Below are positions 1-6,150 of a stretch of 6,150 bases of DNA, piece after piece (positions within the stretch are counted from its first letter, which is position 1; the number at the start of each line of letters is the position of its first letter). Position numbers and translations under genes: made by a program. Origin of the DNA: Octopus sinensis (lineage: Eukaryota); NCBI RefSeq assembly GCF_006345805.1, contig NW_021829445.1, positions 1 through 6,150 of the forward strand, given 5' to 3'. The notes under the pieces were generated by a model. That model was not told where the DNA came from. It ran no database searches and saw only the letters and a list, made by a program, of their open reading frames with translations.

Positions 1-10
1 TATCTATCCC

Positions 11-49
<39 letters not shown>
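1..49. repeat. (CTAT)n tetranucleotide microsatellite, truncated by window start
   Basis: Direct reading: tandem CTAT units with one interruption near 9-11. Confidence 0.95.
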
Positions 50-53
50 GCTG

Positions 54-101
54 ATGCTGATGTATTTTGTATGCTGATATATATGCTGATGCATTTTGTA
101 T
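54..101. repeat. Short direct duplication
   Basis: ATGCTGATGTATTTTGTAT (54-72) and ATGCTGATGCATTTTGTAT (83-101), 18/19 identical. Confidence 0.8.
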
Positions 102-147
102 CTTACTAAAAATGCATTAACTCTGGAATAATTTGCTGTAAGTATGA

Positions 148-364
148 ACATTGATTTCAAAATTTGAAACAAATACAGCAATTTCGAGGTAGAGGGTAAG
201 TCGATTACATTGATCCCAGTATTCAACTGGCGTTTATTTTATCGCCTCCGAAATGATGAAGGGCAAAGAAAACCTTCCCGGAATTTGAAGTCAGAACTTG
301 AAGACGGACGAAATATCGCTAAGCATTTTGCCCTTGGTGCTAACGATTCTACCCGCTCGCCGCC
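148..364 (-). mobile_element. tRNA-derived SINE, family A copy 1 (octopus-like, decayed)
   Basis: Minus strand starts GGCGGCGAGCGGGTAGAATCGTTAGCA (A-box-like) and has a degenerate B box GACTTCAAATTCC (280-292). It is clearly homologous to 2701-2909, e.g. GGAATTTGAAGTCAGAACTTGAAGACGGACGAAATATCGCTAAGCA vs GGGATTTGAACTCAGAACGTCAAGACGGTCGAAATGTTACTAAGCA. The family resemblance is from recall; the left boundary is approximate. Confidence 0.85.
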
Positions 365-1009
365 TTTCCTAACGATACATCTTCAAACCTAAGACAGCCC
401 CTTCCTTATTGTGTTTTGTCTGCTTTACTATCCTTGGAAACAACATTTAAAGGTTTTTATCTGTTCTGTGAATGTTCTGGTGGGTTTCTACACCGCTTTC
501 ATTAACAAAATATTACACAATAGCACAGATTCAATTTTATATGACGACAGAATAATCAAATTCCATGTCGATGGTTCTACTTGGCGTGGTGAGTTGAACT
601 CACTGTGTTTCGCTGCGAAGCAAAATAAATAAACAAATAAATGAATGTATGGATGCGTGAATATATATAAAAAAATATATTAAAAAATGTTACGTATTTG
701 AAAGCATTTTTGCCAGTGACACGTCTCACTCAATGTCATTGACAGACAACTATGTAAGCACCATTGTTAATTTGTGTGTAACTCAGATATATTGGTAAGT
801 GAATGTACTGCAGCTCACATACGTTAGAATGTGTAAGCAAACACTGACATGACGCGAGCAGTGGATGATATTGCCTGCTGCATCTTCTGTCTATCTCAGG
901 TTGACGTATTTGTGATAAAGTACTAGAATGAAAATAAAAAAAAAGCATTTAGAAAGAGGAAAAACAAAATAACAGAAAGGATTAACGTATCAATCCTACA
1001 TCATTCTAT

Positions 1010-1398
1010 GCTTCTTTTGTTTCCCAGCTATGGGACTACAGCCATGCTGGAGCAGCCCTTGAAATAGTAATCCGTACTTATTTCTTAAAGTTTGGTTCCT
1101 ATTCTATGATTCTTTTTTTTCAGAGCCGTTAAGTTACAGAAGCGTAAACAAACCAACACCGGTTATCAAACGGTCGGGGAACAAAGACAAATTTTAAAAA
1201 AGCCTACATATGAATATACACACATATATACACAAAGATCTTCCACATAGCTTCCATTTGCCACCTTCACTCACAAATCATCGTGTGATCTAGGACTCAG
1301 TAAATTATAGTGTACACCAGTTGGTACACAGTGTGATTGAACCCAAAATTACGTACTTAGAAAGCCAATGTGTTATCCACATAACCGTGTCTGCGTCT
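1010..1398 (-). mobile_element. tRNA-derived SINE, family B (longer, decayed)
   Basis: Minus-strand head AGACGCAGACACGGTTATGTGGA (A-box-like) and B box GGTTCAATC (1335-1343). There is an internal CA/TA-rich stretch (about 1205-1232) and a distal GCCATGCTGGAGCA motif that I recognise from an abundant octopus SINE. Boundaries are approximate. Confidence 0.7.
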
Positions 1399-1497
1399 GT
1401 GTAAATAATAAGACTATAAATTAAAGCAATAAATAAATAAACCTACAAAATGGAGCTGATAAATGGTTTGTATAAGTGGGAAGGAATATGAGCAAGT

Positions 1498-1560
1498 AAT
1501 AATAATAATAATAACAATAATAATAATGATAATAATAATGATAATAATAATAATAATAAT
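1498..1560. repeat. (AAT)n microsatellite, 21 units with AAC/GAT interruptions
   Basis: Direct reading. It produces the poly-I and poly-L ORFs 1414-1596 and 1443-1667. Confidence 0.95.
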
Positions 1561-2171
1561 AAAGTAAACGGAAGGAAAAAAGTTACACGTGAACAAATGG
1601 CAGTTAACAATCTTGTCTTTACTTTACTCAGCTGGAGGTGACAATGTTTTAATGTGATGGCGTCCAAACGTTGAGAGTCTGAGGTTGCCCAAGCAATGAA
1701 ATCTCTAGTGGTTGAAGAAAACTGCTGGGATTTTATAGCCAGTATCGATAGAACAGCTTAAGTGAGCAGATAAGTTTGTGTACATTACTTTCTTGTTGAA
1801 TGCATCACGAACAAATAGAGAAAGCTGTCCTGCAGATAATAATGTGATTGCCACAAATGTCAACCGTTTCTTGTATCTTTGCTTGCTTTTCAGTGCTTTT
1901 CATCATTTTATTTTCTCTTTTCTAGCGAGGGAATGTAATTCTGTCTCCACCGCTGTCTACGCGCTAATAACGTATTTACTTGTCAACACCACCTGGTCTA
2001 TCAAGTTTGTAGGGCATAAACGAGATAATTATAGTGCTATGTTTACGGAAGACAAGAAGGACAATAATATAACAAGAAATCGATTGACACTGATTGCAAC
2101 ACAGATATGTATGTGAGTGCAAGAATCTTGGTGTGTTTTTATGCGAATACGCTAAGATGGATAACTTTATA

Positions 2172-2239
<68 letters not shown>

Positions 2240-2314
2240 GTGTGAGTGTGTGTGTATGTAGGTGTGTATATACACATATGTATATATATAAGTATATATA
2301 TATATATATATATA
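2172..2314. repeat. Compound (TA)n-(TG)22 microsatellite with degenerate TG/TA extension
   Basis: TA run 2172-2190, perfect TG run 2191-2234, then imperfect TG/TA to about 2314. Confidence 0.95.
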
Positions 2315-2643
2315 AGTTTCTTCAAAGCTATAATACATATATGTTAGAAAAAACTCAAATTGATAGCGAAAAAATCCTCTCCTCATTTATAGCATAGATA
2401 ATTTCACCCGTCTTTATGTTTTGTCTGTATGGTTAACATAGGAGTATATTATGTTAAGCTATGAGACCATATAACCTGAAAATTCCCAACATTGGAAATT
2501 CTGGTTGGCATAGCGTGGAGGAGCGTTTCTTTTCGAAATTTCTAAAAGTTTTAAGATCTCTACTTAATAGCTATTTCACGTAGTATCTTGCCGGGCAAAC
2601 ATCCTGAAAGCCAGGGTAAAATTCCTAGAAACATGAATATTAT

Positions 2644-2646
<3 letters not shown>

Positions 2647-2700
<54 letters not shown>
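2647..2700. repeat. (AAT)18, the (ATT)n 3' tail of the adjacent minus-strand SINE
   Basis: Perfect 54-nt array abutting the SINE 3' end at 2701. Confidence 0.95.
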
Positions 2701-2703
<3 letters not shown>

Positions 2704-2906
2704 ATCTACTAAAGGCACAAGGACGGACATTTGGAGGGAGGAGACTAGTTGATTATATCGACCCCAGTTTTAACTGGTACTTAATGCATCGATCCTGTCG
2801 GGATGAGAGGCATTATCGGCCTCTGTGGGATTTGAACTCAGAACGTCAAGACGGTCGAAATGTTACTAAGCACCTTGCACGACGTGATAACGATTCTTCC
2901 AGCTCA

Positions 2907-2909
<3 letters not shown>
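2701..2909 (-). mobile_element. tRNA-derived SINE, family A copy 2
   Basis: Minus strand has A-box-like TGAGCTGGAAGAATCGTTA and an intact B box GAGTTCAAATCCC (2827-2839). It is homologous to 148-364 and ends in an (ATT)18 tail. Confidence 0.9.
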
Positions 2910-2989
<80 letters not shown>

Positions 2990-3002
2990 TGATGATGATG
3001 AT
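2910..3002. repeat. (AAT)26(GAT)5 compound microsatellite
   Basis: Direct reading. It produces the poly-N/D and poly-L/S ORFs. Confidence 0.95.
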
Positions 3003-3975
3003 GAAATGTATGTATATAAGTTAGCATGTTGTGGACCTACAAGTCGCGTACATATGGAAAGTGCACACCTACACAAAATACCCCCTCTCTTTTTCGGGTT
3101 TAGTGCATAGTACATGGACATTGTCTAACGTGAAATATGAGATCACTATATACATTCCCGTTAGTGTTCATCTTGTCTTAGCAGTCTGTTGCGCCATGGT
3201 GCAATCATATATTATGTAGGATTATGAAATGTGTAGGTCGAGATCAGCAAAATACGCAACTAGATTCAGTATGAAGTAGGAAAAAAGTAACATTGCTCTA
3301 AAAGTGGCAAACGGGAAATCGCTGGTTCTAAAAGCGCCCATATAGCAAAAGAAAACACCGATATGAATCCTACAAACCGTACATTCAATATATAACTTAT
3401 ATATATGCGAGCGTGTGTGTGATTTTGTTTCTGTATTCGTGTTCGTGTATATCTTTCTTCTTCTGTATTTTATTAATGTCCTTCAACTGACCTCTAAAAA
3501 TAATTTGAAAACTTCAAAGATATTTACGACGACAAATAAATTTTGTAATTTTATGTGTAATTTTCTTTAATTCTTTCCGATAAAATATATTTCACGCATA
3601 TTTCTTATCCAATATTGAACAATGCTTCATAAACACCTCTACGAAGAAAAATATAAAATGCAAGTTTTTTATATGTTGTTTTATTATATTAGCGTATTCC
3701 TTTCATTTCATTTAACAAAGTTAGTTTTTAGAGACGTATTAGACACGTGATAACTACTTTGTTGAATATAATATTTAGACATAAATAACTTACTAAAAAA
3801 ATTTAAACTTGTTCTGATAGACATTCTTAAACACAATATACATGTTACATACAACTCAACGCAAGTATATATATGTATATATGTTAGCATAGAGACATAC
3901 GGTGTGACAAAATATTGAATGGCTTTACGGGTTCGAATATGCCTCAAGCATATTTAGCTAGTAAGAAGTTTGTCA

Positions 3976-4415
3976 TCTCTCTATATATAAAACTGAGAAT
4001 GTGTGTCTGTCTGTCTGTCTGTCTGTGTGTTTTCCTTAAAACTTGAGAACTACACAACCAATTTCATTCAAATTTTACACATGCCTTACTTAGGGTCCGG
4101 GGAGTGTCATCGGCAATTTTATTTTTATATGTTGCCCAGAGCAATATCATATCTTCTCCAATATTTCAGTATTACGTGTTAAAAGTGAAACAAAAACATT
4201 TCTCTATTTTATGCCAGATACTATCACTTTAACGATAAAAATTAGAGATAATAATAACAATTGAATTATATGTAGTAAGTAATAATTAAAATCAAACTAA
4301 TCCTAACATAACAAAAGTAAAAATAGCAATTGGTATAAATTTGCATCAATGACTTGAACTTGAATAAGTAGTTTCACATGAATGGGAATAGATTAAATTA
4401 AATCAACTGCATACT
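3976..4415 (+). mobile_element. Non-autonomous Helitron-like element, 5' portion
   Basis: Starts A|TCTCTCTATATATAAAACTGAG (5' TC after A), then (GTCT)5 at 4005-4024, then GAGAACTACACAACCAATTTCATTCAAATTTTACAC. This layout is typical of invertebrate non-autonomous Helitrons with a 5' CTGT microsatellite. The right boundary is uncertain and may extend to CTAG at 5348. Confidence 0.65.
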
Positions 4416-4680
4416 ACTTTTTGATTCACCGTAAGTTTTGGTGTTATTATTATTACTGTTTAACTATTGTTATCAGGTTTGTTGGTTCCTCGCAAGGGGA
4501 ACGTTGTTTTGTTGCATTTGTTAAATAATTGTAAACTGTAACCGTACCTCTTTGGGAGAAAGAGCTTTGGCTATTGTTTAAAAACTAAATTGTGTCCCTG
4601 TGTGGTGAAATCGACAATATTTTCACCGTTTACACGGAAGCATTTTTGTTAGATTACCTTCGATAGAAGGAAGTCCAAAA

Positions 4681-5193
4681 ATGAATTTCGCTACAGCCGT
4701 CGGCGGGCGCGAACTCATTAAAATTAAAATGGAAGAAGTACAAACCTATTTCGGATTGATTACCGACAATGACGGTGAATCTAGGATAACACCACCAAAC
4801 GAAATAAAAATTTAAATTAAAGGAAAGACTATTGTCTTTAAAGTATACACTGTAGAGAAAAAAAAGATTTGAACACCTGGAGGAAAGCACCATCGAAAAG
4901 TGTCTTAGTGCGACTATGAAAGATATCTAACCAGAGGCGGTAAATTCGCCACAATAGAAGCAAGTTTCGAGCGTGCAAGGGAGTACTCGACTCGAACCTT
5001 GCAAACTGGAAATATTTTATTTTTACCTTTATATCTTGGACGTAGGACGTCCCGGATAAAAATTTAAAATGTAGCCCCAGAAGTAGAGGTAGGCTGGATT
5101 GTAGCCACACTTCTATACAAGAGGGAGGACAAGATACAATTGATCGGAATTGCAATAGACGAGCCTACAATTCCAGTCTGTTATATATTTTGA
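4681..5193 (+). pseudogene. Disrupted ORF1 (gag-like)-type reading frame of a non-LTR retrotransposon, N-terminal part
   Basis: Manual translation from ATG 4681: MNFATAVGGRELIKIKMEEVQTYFGLITDNDGESRITPPNEIKI*IKGKTIVFKVYTVEK. After a frameshift in the A8 run (4858-4865): KRFEHLEESTIEKCLSATMK. After a shift back near 4920: RYLTRGGKFATIEASFERAREYSTRTLQTGNILFLPLYLGRRTSRIKI*NVAPEVEVGWIVATLLYKREDKIQLIGIA. Stops at 4813-4815 and 5065-5067. GC content is higher than the flanks. The FAxAV start and the R-I-x-I-x-N-V-x-P-E motif recall LINE ORF1 proteins; the family assignment is inference. Confidence 0.55.
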
Positions 5194-5224
5194 GTATTGT
5201 TATCACTAGCGATATCAAGATATA

Positions 5225-5305
5225 ACTGTATTTTGTATTTTATGTGTAGATGTATATATATAGATGTACATGTAATATGTACACATATATATACACATAT
5301 ATACA
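5225..5305. repeat. Degenerate TA/TG/CA low-complexity tract
   Basis: Direct reading. Confidence 0.85.
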
Positions 5306-5308
5306 TGC

Positions 5309-5349
5309 ACTAGCACTATGGCCCGGCAACGATAGGTCATAATACTAGT
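5309..5349. repeat. 41-nt imperfect palindrome with CTAG at both ends (candidate Helitron 3' terminus)
   Basis: ACTAGCACTATGGCCCGGC-AAC-GATAGGTCATAATACTAGT: 13 of 19 pairs Watson-Crick, 2 G-T, 4 mismatches. Ends CTAG (5345-5348) followed by T. Confidence 0.75.
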
Positions 5350-5453
5350 ATATATATCTATATATATATATATTGGTAAAAACGGTAAGATAACAAAAGA
5401 AAGAAAGAGACCTCAATATTATGTATAGCGGAAATTTATCTATAAAATAATAT

Positions 5454-5533
5454 GTACAATACTCAATTCAAGATAAAACTCTGAGTTTCAGATGCCGAAG
5501 TGGAAATCCACAACACCATCTCTTCGGTTATCT
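5454..5533 (-). ncRNA. Type I hammerhead-ribozyme-like motif, non-canonical core
   Basis: AUAA-CCGAAGA-GAUG..CAUC-U-GAAA-CUCA..UGAG-UA-UUGU: stems I, II and III and a GUA triplet in the correct order. Deviations are C for U in CUGANGA and an extra U before GAAA. Confidence 0.45.
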
Positions 5534-5640
5534 GGCATCTGAAAAAACGCGTTTTTTCAGATGGCCAGATACCCGAAGAGATGGTGTTGGGATTTCCACT
5601 TCGGCATCTGAACTCAGAGTTTTATCTTGACTATTGAGTA
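5460..5640. repeat. Near-perfect zero-spacer inverted repeat, arms about 90 bp (weaker pairing extends to about 5437-5662)
   Basis: 5460-5549 matches the reverse complement of 5550-5640 with one substitution and four small indels. Centre AAAAAACG|CGTTTTTT. Confidence 0.97.
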
Positions 5641-5647
5641 ATAGTAC
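5567..5647 (+). ncRNA. Second, more decayed hammerhead-like motif
   Basis: CCGAAGA (5573-5579), GAUG..CAUC, then U-GAA (one A missing, 5610-5612), CUCA..UGAG and UA (5639-5640). Stem I pairing is lost. Confidence 0.3.
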
Positions 5648-5654
5648 TATTTTT

Positions 5655-5790
5655 TATATATATATTATATTATATATCTATATATATATATATATATATA
5701 TATATAGATATAATATAATATATTATATATATATATAATTATATATATATATATATATATATCTATATATATATCTATATATTCCATATA
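5655..5790. repeat. Long imperfect (TA)n microsatellite
   Basis: Direct reading. It produces the poly-YI ORF 5665-5877. A shorter (TA)n lies at 5349-5372. Confidence 0.95.
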
Positions 5791-6150
5791 TTGTATGCTA
5801 ATATATTCATGTGACCGTGTGTGTATGAGTATGTGTAGATAGAAGACAGGTATATAAATAATTACATATATGTACATCTATCTATTTCCTGCTCAAAATT
5901 TTTGTCAGTTTGTAAAGTGTAATCAGAAAGTCGTCCCTAATACTCCAATCTAGCTGCAAGGCGTATGGTTCAATTCTTAGTGCATGTTATTATATATTCC
6001 GTAATAGTTTTTGTATTGGTTTTAATACGATTATCATATTTTCCCTGTCCGTAGATATAATTATAATATCTGAGAGTGTTCTTTTCGGTGGTGGTAGGGT
6101 GTTTTGGGTTTTCCTTTCTTTTTCAATTATCGTAATAAAACTGTTTTATT

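Larger units (their letters stand above)
5373..5662. mobile_element. Fold-back fragment resembling a Penelope-like retroelement terminus, between (TA)n tracts
   Basis: A hammerhead-like motif in each inverted arm, and a T-rich tail on the minus strand (5373-5459) running into (TA)n. The Penelope assignment is inferred from the known association of hammerhead motifs with PLE terminal repeats; no RT or GIY-YIG coding sequence is seen. Confidence 0.45.

Noticed and set aside
1414-1667. Poly-I and poly-L ORFs
   Set aside because: Translations of the (AAT)n array.
1562-1760. Possible 3' UTR of a minus-strand retroelement ending in the (ATT)n array
   Set aside because: No recognisable RT remnant or family motif.
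2030-2130. Minus-strand peptide CVAISVNRFLVILLSF resembling GPCR TM3 (DRY region)
   Set aside because: Bounded by stops, no convincing TM4-TM7 at the expected spacing, and a similar VNRFL string arises on the other strand from the inverted repeat.
1976-2397. HT/YI/CV-repeat ORFs
   Set aside because: Translations of the TA/TG microsatellite.
2827-2909. tRNA gene
   Set aside because: A and B boxes are present but there is no cloverleaf, and the sequence continues into a SINE body and tail.
2647-3002. Repeat-spacer-repeat layout as a CRISPR array
   Set aside because: Simple trinucleotide repeats in eukaryotic DNA, with no regular spacers or cas genes.
2784-3121. Poly-N/D and poly-L ORFs
   Set aside because: SINE sequence plus (AAT)26(GAT)5; not a gene.
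3189-3204. Near-perfect 16-bp palindrome TTGCGCCATGGTGCAA
   Set aside because: Isolated and short, with no supporting context.
4838-5155. Minus-strand ORF of 105 aa (and 4654-4893)
   Set aside because: Antisense shadows of the plus-strand ORF1-like relic.
5190-5200. TTGAGTATTGT matching the hammerhead-like cleavage-site sequence
   Set aside because: An 11-nt AT-rich match is plausible by chance.
5950-5990. GGTTCAATTC B-box-like motif, possible fourth SINE head
   Set aside because: No A box or SINE body recognisable.

Overview
AT-rich, microsatellite-dense eukaryotic non-coding DNA. The SINE and Helitron-like repeats resemble families I recall from octopus genomes; that taxon call is inference, not a database result. 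No intact protein-coding gene is supported, and the listed ORFs are mostly microsatellite or repeat artefacts. The window holds three decayed tRNA-derived SINE copies, all on the minus strand, and several (CTAT)n, (AAT)n, (TA)n and (TG)n arrays. A Helitron-like 5' end at 3976 is followed by a disrupted retrotransposon ORF1-like reading frame (4681-5193) and a CTAG-terminated palindrome (5309-5349). The most notable structure is a roughly 180-225 bp zero-spacer palindrome centred on ACGCGT (5547-5552). Each arm carries a hammerhead-ribozyme-like motif with a non-canonical core, as found in Penelope-like retroelement termini.
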